This document shows positions 9,387 through 19,618 of a DNA stretch of 64,000 nucleotides, one piece after another. Position numbers and translations under genes: made by a program. Every line of letters begins with the position of its first letter. The stretch's first letter is position 1. The stretch comes from a virus. Its lineage: Duplodnaviria; Caudoviricetes. The stretch is from the IMG/VR virus record IMGVR_UViG_3300028797_000124, positions 32,001 through 96,000 of that record, one strand, 5' to 3'. The notes below the pieces were generated by a model that had not been told where the DNA came from, did not search any database, and worked only from the letters and a program-made list of their open reading frames with translations.

Positions 9387-12257
9387 TTGGAAAATATGGA
9401 TAGAGACAAGACATATGAACGAGCTGTCAAGTTCATGAATAACGTTGCCAAGAAACGCAACGGTGTTTCCAATGTATACGTGTTTACTTCGGTTGATAAA
9501 GAAGGAAATGTTGTTGACGAGAAATACAGTATGAACCTTATGACTCGCTCCGGATTCTCCGAAATATATGCAAGCGGCGTTGCATTCGGTGCAAGAGATG
9601 ATAACAACAATACTGTCAGACTCTATGTTGGAACCGGCGTTGGTGAAACTCCATATTCTGTAACAGATACGGATCTGGAAACGATCGCATTTAACGGACT
9701 TGCAGCAACATTCACAACTACCAGCGATGACTTCATAAAGATCGATGGTAAGAGTAAGTCATATAAATACCCGATGTATTTCGCAAAGGGTGAGCATGAT
9801 GGTGAGGGTTTCATAACCCTCATCTCACGTTTCCTTATAGCTTACTACGATTACAATATTTCCAACTTCCCCGGAGAGTATGACTTGAGCGAGTATGGTA
9901 TCAAGCATAACAACACACTTTGGACACATTCCAAGATATATGATATGCGCGGAAATCCCGCAACTATTAGAAAGACTTCTAATGAAAGATTGTACATAAC
10001 CGTGTACATGTGTCTTTCATTCTACGAAAGTGTCATTATGAACGGTTGGTCAAACAATCGTTTTACTATGATTACCCGCAATGATATGATGTATGACCGC
10101 ATGGCGTGGTCTGCTCGTGTCAAAGTATACAAACGTGGAAACCGTATTGTCGATATTACCGACGGTGGCACTTCACGTACACAGGATACGTCTCAGAACA
10201 ACGCATATACAAACTCAACCATCGCACCGAGAATCATTCTGCATGATAATAATGCTGATACGTATCATACCGATACAAAGATTTTCGACGGTGGATATAT
10301 CGATGGTTACACGTTGTCTGAAACAGGTTTTCTGTGCATGGAACCTCAGTTCCTTCCCGTTCCAGAAGATGTGGAATTGATAAACTATAAAAGCGGAAAT
10401 GCCACAATATATTCTGGATTTGCAGATAAGTTTGGAACAAATCCTTCCTCGGGATATTCCAAAGCACAGTATCCTCAAATGACACATTTTTATGATGCTA
10501 ATGCTTATGTGTTCGACTGGAAATCCGGTGACTGGACATGTAAACTTGATATATATAATCCTGACAACAAGTGGTATGATGAAACATCTATGTCCACAAA
10601 CTGTGCCGTTCCAATATACTATTCTAACAACGGCGAAATCCTTACGGGTTATGTCTACCAGAATCTCAGAACAGATGACAAGATTATTCAGATCACATCA
10701 GGTGCTTCTACAGTATATGCGACAAACAGATATTGGGCAACTGCTGAAGATCAGAACAACCAAGATCCTAACAAGGGTTGGGTTTGGATTCGTGACTACT
10801 CGAATATCCCGTTGGCTTGTCAGACTGCAAGATACTGGATTACTAATACTAACACAGATTCACTCTCATTCAAACGTGAGTCGGATTGTTTCCAGCTTCT
10901 TGAAAAGGGTACTGTCAGCAATGGTTATGCACAATATCCTCAATATGGTGATCTGACTTATATCAGACCGATATGTGACAACTATGCATATGGTTGGTAT
11001 AAGCGTGGTAACAGAGTTTACGTTCCGGATGCTCCAGCAAGACCAATCTACACTGTTGGTGGTGATACTGATGAGACAATGACATATGGAAAGTGGATGG
11101 TTGTATTCCCATCATCCAACAATACAATCATTACCGTAGATATGACTCAAGCCACATCTGGCATAGTGTCTCCTCAGAATGTTCCAACACCATTCACGGG
11201 AAATGTTAACTCATTATCTCAAACACACCGTACTGAGAGTGGCACTGGTTTGATTTGTATGGAATCGACCAATACTGAAGAGTGTGTCGTAATTGATATG
11301 AGGCAAGGAGGATTCTCTCAGGCTGTTCATTCATGGAAACATGCATGTTGTATTTGGGGAACTAACAAGGTTGCTTACATCAATGCCGGTGGCTCAGATC
11401 CAAATGTATACATATTCAATTATGATACAAACCAGATAGAAGGAAATCCAATTCCTTTCCCTGCCGGTTTGACCGATATTCCGCATCTGTTCGGACACAC
11501 AAATTTCTTGTGGATGACCGATGGTTCTACATTCGGTTACGTATGTGATCTCAGAACACCAACTATCAGAAACCTTGAAGGTTTTGCATATGCGGGATTG
11601 TATGGAACCGGTTTGAATACCGTCAAGTATACTTGTGTTGATGATGTATTTATCGTGTACAAATATGATGAGTGTGGAAACAACTCAATCAAACTCGCAC
11701 ATTACATCAAACTGTCCGATCCCACAAATCCAATCAACATGGATGATTTCTCAACACGTACAACTACAGACTATATCGGAGGAAGAATCATATTCGATCT
11801 CAGATATACGAATAGATACACAAATGCTCAAAGCTTGCCGTCAGGAGCGATTGTATTAACAATCATGCGCGGTTGGGATAACAACTCTTCATCTACTCCA
11901 GCGGGTTGTGAATGTAGAGTGATTGACTTTGGTCAATATTTGTGGACTCATGAAGTTAAGTACTATGAGCATGCATCAAACAGTAACTTCGGAAACTTGT
12001 GTCTGTACGGTGAGAATATCATCCACAGATACAACAAAAAGATCCCACTCATAAATTATCTTCCAATCAAGCTTACTGGTAAAACCGATACGATTAATGC
12101 GATGAAATACATTAAGAATATAACCAGCAAGTCTTGGTTGATCGGTTATACAAATACTCCTTCTTGGGGTGATGGAACTGCTTCTCCAAGCGGTAAGCCA
12201 CCGGGAACTCCTCTTGCTGTTACTGATGGAGACGGCACAATTACTGGATGGAGTTGA
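9387..12257 (+). CDS. Putative tail fibre/receptor-binding protein, paralogue 1
   Basis: Shares D..GN.VD...(M/V/L)N..T..G...LY.G.G N-terminus and K/H..G.T.T.N C-terminus with the ORFs at 12823 and 16485; Y/W/N/T-rich. Confidence 0.65.
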   Translation: MENMDRDKTYERAVKFMNNVAKKRNGVSNVYVFTSVDKEGNVVDEKYSMNLMTRSGFSEIYASGVAFGARDDNNNTVRLYVGTGVGETPYSVTDTDLETIAFNGLAATFTTTSDDFIKIDGKSKSYKYPMYFAKGEHDGEGFITLISRFLIAYYDYNISNFPGEYDLSEYGIKHNNTLWTHSKIYDMRGNPATIRKTSNERLYITVYMCLSFYESVIMNGWSNNRFTMITRNDMMYDRMAWSARVKVYKRGNRIVDITDGGTSRTQDTSQNNAYTNSTIAPRIILHDNNADTYHTDTKIFDGGYIDGYTLSETGFLCMEPQFLPVPEDVELINYKSGNATIYSGFADKFGTNPSSGYSKAQYPQMTHFYDANAYVFDWKSGDWTCKLDIYNPDNKWYDETSMSTNCAVPIYYSNNGEILTGYVYQNLRTDDKIIQITSGASTVYATNRYWATAEDQNNQDPNKGWVWIRDYSNIPLACQTARYWITNTNTDSLSFKRESDCFQLLEKGTVSNGYAQYPQYGDLTYIRPICDNYAYGWYKRGNRVYVPDAPARPIYTVGGDTDETMTYGKWMVVFPSSNNTIITVDMTQATSGIVSPQNVPTPFTGNVNSLSQTHRTESGTGLICMESTNTEECVVIDMRQGGFSQAVHSWKHACCIWGTNKVAYINAGGSDPNVYIFNYDTNQIEGNPIPFPAGLTDIPHLFGHTNFLWMTDGSTFGYVCDLRTPTIRNLEGFAYAGLYGTGLNTVKYTCVDDVFIVYKYDECGNNSIKLAHYIKLSDPTNPINMDDFSTRTTTDYIGGRIIFDLRYTNRYTNAQSLPSGAIVLTIMRGWDNNSSSTPAGCECRVIDFGQYLWTHEVKYYEHASNSNFGNLCLYGENIIHRYNKKIPLINYLPIKLTGKTDTINAMKYIKNITSKSWLIGYTNTPSWGDGTASPSGKPPGTPLAVTDGDGTITGWS

Positions 12258-12263
12258 TGACTC

Positions 12264-12334
12264 ATGGCAAATGTATTCAGATCGAAAGAAGTATATAAAA
12301 ACTTTAGATATGATATTGACAAAACCAAGAAAGT
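12264..12334 (+). repeat. 71-bp exact direct repeat, copy 1
   Basis: ATGGCAAATGTATTCAG...ACCAAGAAAGT is identical to 15925-15995. Confidence 0.95.
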
Positions 12335-12806
12335 TGTCCCCGTTCAGGGTGTATACATTGCGAGCGAATATCGCCCGCCTTACTATAACAATCCTACATT
12401 GCGGATATATGAAATATCTTCTGTGCATGCAACCGTTGTTAGCTTTCAGGATGTCACCGCAACCAACGGCGAAGATCCAATGTACAAGATTCTCGATTTC
12501 AAAGTTGAACGATTGATTCCAAACCTCATCAACTATACCACGGGTTCTGCGAACGCTGGTGAAGATACCATGTACAAAATTCTCGATTTCCAGGTAAACA
12601 GATTGATCCCGTCATGTGAATTTTATGAATCGAAATCTCAGAATGCTGGTGAGGATACCATGTACAAAATTCTCGATTTCCGGGTAACAAGACTCAATCC
12701 TGGAGAAACATATTTCTATAAAGCAAAAGGAAATTCGACACCGGAGCCAATGCTCCGGTTGTCGTCTATTACTTCAGAATCCGCATTGGTGGAAAATTAC
12801 ACATAA
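12264..12806 (+). CDS. 180-aa triple-repeat protein A (putative fibre adaptor)
   Basis: Three 30-aa-period repeats GED[PT]MYKILDF.V.RL.P; paralogue of 15925-16467. Confidence 0.75.
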   Translation: MANVFRSKEVYKNFRYDIDKTKKVVPVQGVYIASEYRPPYYNNPTLRIYEISSVHATVVSFQDVTATNGEDPMYKILDFKVERLIPNLINYTTGSANAGEDTMYKILDFQVNRLIPSCEFYESKSQNAGEDTMYKILDFRVTRLNPGETYFYKAKGNSTPEPMLRLSSITSESALVENYT

Positions 12807-12822
12807 GAAAGGAGTGTATGTA

Positions 12823-15800
12823 ATGAAATTGCATTTAGAGCCAGCTCATGCATCAGAACCATTTCCTCAAGTTCTTGAAGATTTCATAAAGAATAATCCC
12901 AATATGAAATGTGAGAATCTCTATCTTTGTGAAAGTATAGATGTCGATGGTAACGTTGTTGATACAAAGATCGGTGTTAACCTATTGACAAATTATGGTC
13001 TTAAAGATCATTTTGTGGATGGCAACTCCCGTTATAATAACATGTATATCTGGCTTGGTTCAGGACAAACAGAGCCGGATCCAACGTCGGCATCACTTAC
13101 AACATACATATCTTCCCTTGGACAAGGTTCAGGCTATGAATATTGGTCAAACACGTTTTATGAATATACTTTTGACCAAGAGACATTATTATGGTCTGTG
13201 AAGAATATAATATCCAAAAATTACTGGGATTACACTGCTGGCAGCAATGGTGAGTATGAGATTTGGGAATTGGGTTTAGGTGCGTCACAGACATCTCTTA
13301 GAACCCATGCACTAATATACGATGAACATGGTCAACAAACCTGCATCGTTAAAAGACCCAATACCCGCTTGTATATTACTGCATACTGGGTTGCATCTGT
13401 TTCAATGGCAGAGGTTCCTGAGATGTATAAAAATGGAAAATATTTATATATCGATCCACATATGGCTATGCCAAATTATGGATATAAAACTGTGTACTGG
13501 TCAAATTTGACACGTGGTAAGTTGTATAATAACGATGCAAATTATGAATGGAGTGGTTCAAGATGGTCTTGGAATACTCATTCATATACCAATCTCGTCA
13601 CGAATGATGCTCGTCAAGCGCACATGGAATTGGGTCCTTCTGATCACAGTGCTTTCTGGGAAGGTAATTTTCTTTATTCTTCGGGTTGGTTGATTGCAGA
13701 AAGCAGAGATTGGGGTAGTCGATATCAGACGGATTTGAAAGACTGTGGATATTATGCAATGATGACATACGATTTGCTTCCCGAACCAGAAGAGATGGAA
13801 TCATATTGGGCATACACTAATTATTCATTCACATATATTCTTTCTGATCCAACTGATTACACCAATGGCGTTAATACCAATCATTGGAGTTTTCTGAGAT
13901 TGGATGGCAATTTTGGTGGAACACAGGCATATCGTAGAACCAGCAATAATCCAACGTCATGGTCGAGCACTAATGCAACGTTCCCGTGCACAGATTTCCA
14001 TATTACTGAATTGACGATGTATAATCACACGACCAAAGAATGGGATATTCCCGTTCCGTATAAGGATGAACCCAACACGATATATTGTGATCATTGGATG
14101 CGTTTCTACCAGACGCTCTGGATCAAGTATAAGGGAAACAGCATAAACGTATATGTTTTCATTAACATGTTTCCACACGATAGTTCTGGAACGCCGATTC
14201 CAAAGATATTGAGTTTCAATAATTCGAACATGGTTCTCGCTGGAACCGATGAATATTGGGATCCATCAACATATGTTGAAATACCAAATCTCAACTCGGT
14301 GCCTGTTGAATTACAACAGAAAAGATACTACGTCGTTGTATCCGGAACCGTCGCCGAACTTGTACCTTCGATGTCGAGAGCAGATTGGTTCAAGCACGAG
14401 ATTCGTCCTGTTAATAGTCCTTTCGAATTGACGCATGAAACAACCGGCATAATTCCACGTATGTTAAAACATAATTCTTACACAAGTTTCAACTCCAATT
14501 ACGACGAAAGTTATAATGGTCAATATACGTATGGAAGTATCCCACTTGTATCAAATACTAAGAAGTTTTTCTGTATAAACTGGATGTTGGTTTTCTGTGA
14601 TGAGAACTGGAATGTCACACGATATAATCTCCTTTTGGAAGATAAATATCCAGGATGTAGATACAGAAGATATATGACAGCTGATTGCGACAGAATACTT
14701 TGGTTTGCCACAAGAACCCGTACAAATCTTGAAAATGAGACAAGTGGTTCAAATAACACTTCCTCATATGCTGTTGCAGCAAACTGTTTCTCGATATGGA
14801 CGATAGTAGACGAAAACACAACTCCAACAAGAGTTGATCTTGATCTTTCAACAATGTGGACAGATGCATCATTGGTTAATAACAATACATGTTATCATAG
14901 ATACTCTTGGAGTGATGTTGGATATCTTGTTGTCGCAAAGAGAAGAACTGAACCGGAATTCGTATATGTTGATATATATGGAACAGGCAATGGTCCTGAG
15001 ATGCATCTTGTAACTGATGCAAAACACGCCAGGGCAATAGAACACACTCAATTTTGTATATATCAGGACATGAATTTGACAGAGGGTTCGAAATATGTGT
15101 TTAACATATTTGATATGTCATCAGGTACGGTTGATGATACGATTACTATCGATGATGGAACCACATATACCATTGATGGCACGTATGGATATAACGAACA
15201 TGTGTATGTCCGTGTTAAATCTTCAGCCAATCTTGAATATACTTATTATTACAATCGCAACACACACTCACTGGAAAAAATTGCAGATGCATTCGATTTC
15301 ATGGTTACAGACAGAATATACTGGCATTCTACCACAACCATCTATGATGACTATTGTATACTGAATCAAAGTCATAATGGTGGTGGACATTCATATATTA
15401 TACATGGAAACGAATGGCATAGGATCTTCCCAAGTGATACAGTTAATAACGTATCATCATATCAAAAATGTTGGGCATGCCTCAATACGATAAATGATGG
15501 AAAACAGTTGTTGATGGGTCTGTCTGGACGTTCGAGTACATCCAATACTTCATATGTACTTGATCTTGGTTTACTGCTCGACTCATCATCTAAGACCGAA
15601 GACTATGTCCCATACGGACATTTTGGTTCCAAAGATTGTACCGAAGGTTATGATATTACAGGTCCTGTTATTCCATATAATGATGGCATAATTGTAATGT
15701 CGGGAGCTGAAAGAAATAAAACATATGGTTCCAACACTAAGCTCGGAAGAATATGGTGGTTCCCTCCGGAGATGTGTTTGCGTCTTCACATGAAAGGAAC

Positions 15801-15918
15801 AACTCGCACACTCAACTCATACAATGCTCCAATAAGATGGTATCTCACAAAGAAAGTCAAGTGGGATGTTACAAACGATTTATCGAGATTGCTTCCGCAG
15901 AATAACGTTGGGGAGTGA
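12823..15918 (+). CDS. Putative tail fibre/receptor-binding protein, paralogue 2
   Basis: ORF 12814-15918; AGAAAGGAG RBS favours ATG 12823; shared motifs with paralogues 1 and 3. Confidence 0.65.
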   Translation: MKLHLEPAHASEPFPQVLEDFIKNNPNMKCENLYLCESIDVDGNVVDTKIGVNLLTNYGLKDHFVDGNSRYNNMYIWLGSGQTEPDPTSASLTTYISSLGQGSGYEYWSNTFYEYTFDQETLLWSVKNIISKNYWDYTAGSNGEYEIWELGLGASQTSLRTHALIYDEHGQQTCIVKRPNTRLYITAYWVASVSMAEVPEMYKNGKYLYIDPHMAMPNYGYKTVYWSNLTRGKLYNNDANYEWSGSRWSWNTHSYTNLVTNDARQAHMELGPSDHSAFWEGNFLYSSGWLIAESRDWGSRYQTDLKDCGYYAMMTYDLLPEPEEMESYWAYTNYSFTYILSDPTDYTNGVNTNHWSFLRLDGNFGGTQAYRRTSNNPTSWSSTNATFPCTDFHITELTMYNHTTKEWDIPVPYKDEPNTIYCDHWMRFYQTLWIKYKGNSINVYVFINMFPHDSSGTPIPKILSFNNSNMVLAGTDEYWDPSTYVEIPNLNSVPVELQQKRYYVVVSGTVAELVPSMSRADWFKHEIRPVNSPFELTHETTGIIPRMLKHNSYTSFNSNYDESYNGQYTYGSIPLVSNTKKFFCINWMLVFCDENWNVTRYNLLLEDKYPGCRYRRYMTADCDRILWFATRTRTNLENETSGSNNTSSYAVAANCFSIWTIVDENTTPTRVDLDLSTMWTDASLVNNNTCYHRYSWSDVGYLVVAKRRTEPEFVYVDIYGTGNGPEMHLVTDAKHARAIEHTQFCIYQDMNLTEGSKYVFNIFDMSSGTVDDTITIDDGTTYTIDGTYGYNEHVYVRVKSSANLEYTYYYNRNTHSLEKIADAFDFMVTDRIYWHSTTTIYDDYCILNQSHNGGGHSYIIHGNEWHRIFPSDTVNNVSSYQKCWACLNTINDGKQLLMGLSGRSSTSNTSYVLDLGLLLDSSSKTEDYVPYGHFGSKDCTEGYDITGPVIPYNDGIIVMSGAERNKTYGSNTKLGRIWWFPPEMCLRLHMKGTTRTLNSYNAPIRWYLTKKVKWDVTNDLSRLLPQNNVGE

Positions 15919-15924
15919 TGTTGA

Positions 15925-15995
15925 ATGGCAAATGTATTCAGATCGAAAGAAGTATATAAAAACTTTAGATATGATATTGACAAAACCAAGAAAGT
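15925..15995 (+). repeat. 71-bp exact direct repeat, copy 2
   Basis: Identical to 12264-12334. Confidence 0.95.
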
Positions 15996-16467
15996 CGTAG
16001 CTGTTCAAGGTGTATATGTCGCGAGTGAATACAGACCACCTTATTACAATGAACCCGGTATCCACATATATGAGATATCGGGTCAACATTGTACCATCGC
16101 AGATTTCAAAACCGAAGAGGTTGAAACTCAAGGCATGGAAACTGCTGGTATGTATATGTTTGATATCACTGAATCAGCATATACTCTTGAACGATATTCC
16201 ACTCAAAGTAAAGATGCAACACCAACAGAAACTGCTGGTATGTATATGTTTGATATCACTGAATCAGCATATACTCTTGAACGATATGAAAAGGATTATA
16301 TCGATACAGAGGGTATGGAAACAGCTGGTATGTATATGCTGGCTATTGTTGATTCTGGATATCGACTCGATATATACGGAAAGAAATCTTCCAACTCAAC
16401 ACCAGAACCCATACTTCGTTTATCATCACTCACATCGGAAGCATGTGTTGTTGAGAATTATACTTAA
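15925..16467 (+). CDS. 180-aa triple-repeat protein B (putative fibre adaptor)
   Basis: Three 30-aa-period repeats ETAGMYM..I..S.Y.L..Y; same N-terminus and NSTPEP.LRLSS.TSE...VENYT C-terminus as 12264-12806. Confidence 0.75.
   Translation: MANVFRSKEVYKNFRYDIDKTKKVVAVQGVYVASEYRPPYYNEPGIHIYEISGQHCTIADFKTEEVETQGMETAGMYMFDITESAYTLERYSTQSKDATPTETAGMYMFDITESAYTLERYEKDYIDTEGMETAGMYMLAIVDSGYRLDIYGKKSSNSTPEPILRLSSLTSEACVVENYT
16138..16287 (+). repeat. Intragenic tandem repeat: 60-bp exact unit at 90-bp period
   Basis: GAAACTGCTGG...GAACGATAT at 16138-16197 and 16228-16287; diverged third copy from 16318. Confidence 0.9.
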
Positions 16468-16484
16468 GAAAGGAAGGGATATTT

Positions 16485-19400
16485 ATGAATGAAATAAATG
16501 AATTCAAACCTGTCCCGAGACCCGCTTTTCAAGATATACCTTTCGATCCAACGGGCTTCCCCGAAAGTGTTGAGGAATTCGAAAGAAACTATGAAAAGAA
16601 ACATCCTAACGACTCTGCGATAGCACACAACATATATCACATCGTGGCAGAAGATTTGGATGGCAATATCGTTGATGAAGCTTTTGGTTTGAACATAATG
16701 ACCGATTATGGATTCTCTCAAAAGCACACGATGACTGATTCATACTATTCCGCACTATCCGGATTGTATCTTGGAGATGGTGAATGGTCCGGGGACCTTG
16801 ATCCAGCATCAAAAGTATTGGTTCATCCGATATCGTCTACAAGTGCAAACATGACATACACCGGATACAGTCATAATTTGACAAAATGGATTCCTGAGAA
16901 AGAAAGCAATCTTGTTAGGTTCAAATTATGTGAAGGATATTTCGATTATACGGTATGGTCTGAAGATCATACCGTAACAGAAATCGGTATCGCGTACAGA
17001 AATGGTGATATAAATAATCTTGTATTCCATGCCGCAGTATACGATGCCCAGGGTGAACGAACAACATTCGTCAAGAAAGTAAATCAGAAATTGACAATCA
17101 CAGTGTGGGGCAGAATAATGGTCCCTATTGTTAAAATTGTTAATTCATCCTGGGACAGGGGCATTCCATGTGTCATAAACTCTAACTCATTTTGCCAGTT
17201 GTATTATGGCAACTATTGGAGAGTGTTAACTGCAAACTTTTATCCGTTTGATTGGCATGATGGTGAGTGGTATAGCGCATGGTATGTTAGAAACTATGAT
17301 ACTGGCTCAATCACCGATCACGTATATAATGCATCCGGAACGTGTGGTATGAACATATTCATTGATGGAAGATATCAGTACGTTTCAGATATCTTATTTA
17401 ATTCAAGTTGGTCTTCTGGCAGGGCCTGTCAATATGATACGTATTACATTTTTGCAACGAAATTGAAGATGGCTGAACCGATACCTTTCGAAACGGACAA
17501 ATATCGTTTGGGAGGATACAACAGTGGAAGTACATCGGGTACTTATTGTCGTAGAAATCGTGACACTGCACGCGATCCGAATGGTCAACTTCCAATGACG
17601 GATATTCACGTAACTTCATTATCGATGTATAATGGTCAAACCGATGACTTCGATATCGATGTACCTATATATGAACCATACCCATATGTTGAACACGGCA
17701 TTTTCCTTTTACGTCTTCGCGTAAGAGAATATAACTATATTACATTTTTAAATAGATATGAATGGTATACCGTATACATCAATGAATCTCAGGAATTCCC
17801 GATAAAGAGCATCAGCAATGCCAGCAGAACATTCTATGTTACTGACGCTTATTGGGATTCTTCCACATGGGAAATTGTCCCAAACAATAGTTCAATATCC
17901 CGTGAACAAGGTTCGAAACGATATTTCATCATGTTTGAAGACAGTTTTCCTTGGCGGAGCGATGACTGGAACTATGGATATTATGGAGGGGAATACTATA
18001 CAAGAAATGTTTCCAGATATGATTGGACGCTTCCTCGTATTGATGTGAATAATCGCATTAGTGAAGACACCATGGATTTTGGTCGTCCAACCAATAATTC
18101 ATATAATTATTATTCACGTATTTACGCTGAATCATATTATTCTGGCAAGTATGTTAAGAACGAAACGATTGGTTATATTGCGGGCGACGGTTTCATAATG
18201 TATCCTGATGACTTTTCATTAGATACTCCTCAAACAAATATTCTGGGTAACTACTCGTGGAATAATTATAGTAAGAGCGCGAATTTCTCAGGATATAATC
18301 ACAGATATCCAATGGGTGGTATAGATTTACCAGCAGTCCCATCTGGATATAATAATGATGGCACGCATCCAGGAATGATATGGAATACTACACGGGGCAC
18401 ACATATTGCAAACTGCGGATATAATTCTTGGTCAAGGGGTGTAAGAGTTTACACACCAAGTTCAGATCCAACTGAAGCTCCATCATATGAAAACTTCACA
18501 TTCGATGCGGCGTGGTCCGATGTACCAGCAATGACTGATACACAAAACGGTTATGTCGTATTTTCATATGTTTCTGGTGCAAACAATGCAAACTGCACAT
18601 ATGTGGTCGAATACGATGTCGAAGGTGTCGCTCCAAATATGTACAAGGTCGAAGGATATCATCACGGTTGGGCTATTGATCTGACGAATTATTTTGTCGC
18701 GATAGACGCATCAGTCACAGACCATCTCCATATGGTCGTATATGATATGGCCAATCGTACGATTCATGCCGAATTCGATCTTCCCGAAGGATATACCTTC
18801 CAGGGTGGTGCGGGATGGAAAGATTATGTGTATATCCGTGTTGACCAATCTGGTGCCAAATCAACTTTCTTATACTATATCAATAGTGGTATTTATGAAA
18901 ATACACCACTCAATATCCCACAAATGAGATTGGATACAACTTCATACTATGCACACATACAACGTTCTGTGCCCGCAAATGGAAATATTGAAAGTTGTAT
19001 GGTTCTTCTCGCGTCAGATAGAGATATCGATAATGAAAACCATGTATTCTTCAAGGAATCAGATCCAACACATTCGGTTCAACTGATAAGAAACGAACGA
19101 TGTGAAACATCAAACTATATCAGATGGCAGAAAGCGTGGTTGGGTTATTCATCCGACAACAAACAACTGATATTGACATATGCTGGTAGAAGAAATATTG
19201 CCTTAGACTTAGGCTGGTGTCTGAAGCATGGAACCGTATCTACTCATTTAACATGGGGGGATTTGTATGATGAGTCTTCGAACACATATACTCCAATATA
19301 TTACAAAGGATACATATATTGTATGCAATTATATCGTTATGAATATTATGACGAGAAACATAGATTCCGCCATAGATACTGGAGACAGCCTGTCCAACAA

Positions 19401-19574
19401 TGGTTGAATCTCAAGATTGTTGGTACAACGTATACACCAAACTCAATGATGAATCCTGTTCGTATACAAGGTAACTTTGCAACATGGCTTTATCAGGATA
19501 CCAACAGAGGAACCGATGTGGCTCCAGAGCCATACGTTCCGCCACAGGAGGAAGAAGAAGATCCTCCATTATAA
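16485..19574 (+). CDS. Putative tail fibre/receptor-binding protein, paralogue 3
   Basis: RBS AGAAAGGAAGG; shared N- and C-terminal motifs with paralogues 1 and 2. Confidence 0.65.
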   Translation: MNEINEFKPVPRPAFQDIPFDPTGFPESVEEFERNYEKKHPNDSAIAHNIYHIVAEDLDGNIVDEAFGLNIMTDYGFSQKHTMTDSYYSALSGLYLGDGEWSGDLDPASKVLVHPISSTSANMTYTGYSHNLTKWIPEKESNLVRFKLCEGYFDYTVWSEDHTVTEIGIAYRNGDINNLVFHAAVYDAQGERTTFVKKVNQKLTITVWGRIMVPIVKIVNSSWDRGIPCVINSNSFCQLYYGNYWRVLTANFYPFDWHDGEWYSAWYVRNYDTGSITDHVYNASGTCGMNIFIDGRYQYVSDILFNSSWSSGRACQYDTYYIFATKLKMAEPIPFETDKYRLGGYNSGSTSGTYCRRNRDTARDPNGQLPMTDIHVTSLSMYNGQTDDFDIDVPIYEPYPYVEHGIFLLRLRVREYNYITFLNRYEWYTVYINESQEFPIKSISNASRTFYVTDAYWDSSTWEIVPNNSSISREQGSKRYFIMFEDSFPWRSDDWNYGYYGGEYYTRNVSRYDWTLPRIDVNNRISEDTMDFGRPTNNSYNYYSRIYAESYYSGKYVKNETIGYIAGDGFIMYPDDFSLDTPQTNILGNYSWNNYSKSANFSGYNHRYPMGGIDLPAVPSGYNNDGTHPGMIWNTTRGTHIANCGYNSWSRGVRVYTPSSDPTEAPSYENFTFDAAWSDVPAMTDTQNGYVVFSYVSGANNANCTYVVEYDVEGVAPNMYKVEGYHHGWAIDLTNYFVAIDASVTDHLHMVVYDMANRTIHAEFDLPEGYTFQGGAGWKDYVYIRVDQSGAKSTFLYYINSGIYENTPLNIPQMRLDTTSYYAHIQRSVPANGNIESCMVLLASDRDIDNENHVFFKESDPTHSVQLIRNERCETSNYIRWQKAWLGYSSDNKQLILTYAGRRNIALDLGWCLKHGTVSTHLTWGDLYDESSNTYTPIYYKGYIYCMQLYRYEYYDEKHRFRHRYWRQPVQQWLNLKIVGTTYTPNSMMNPVRIQGNFATWLYQDTNRGTDVAPEPYVPPQEEEEDPPL

Positions 19575-19618
19575 AACAAAGAATGAGAGTGGGGGCCATT
19601 GGCCCCCATTCATCATTT
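19574..19618. terminator. Bidirectional terminator between convergent genes
   Basis: GAGTGGGGGCC-att-GGCCCCCATTC; on the minus strand it is followed by ATTCTTTGTTTT. Confidence 0.8.

Noticed and set aside
12264-16340. Repeats near receptor-binding genes as a diversity-generating retroelement TR/VR pair
   Set aside because: Copies are identical or differ without adenine-specific bias, they lie at gene starts or inside adaptors rather than at fibre C-termini, and no reverse transcriptase is in the window.
16138-16340. 60-bp repeat with 30-bp spacers as a CRISPR array
   Set aside because: Only two exact copies, in frame within a coding sequence at 30-codon period; no cas genes.
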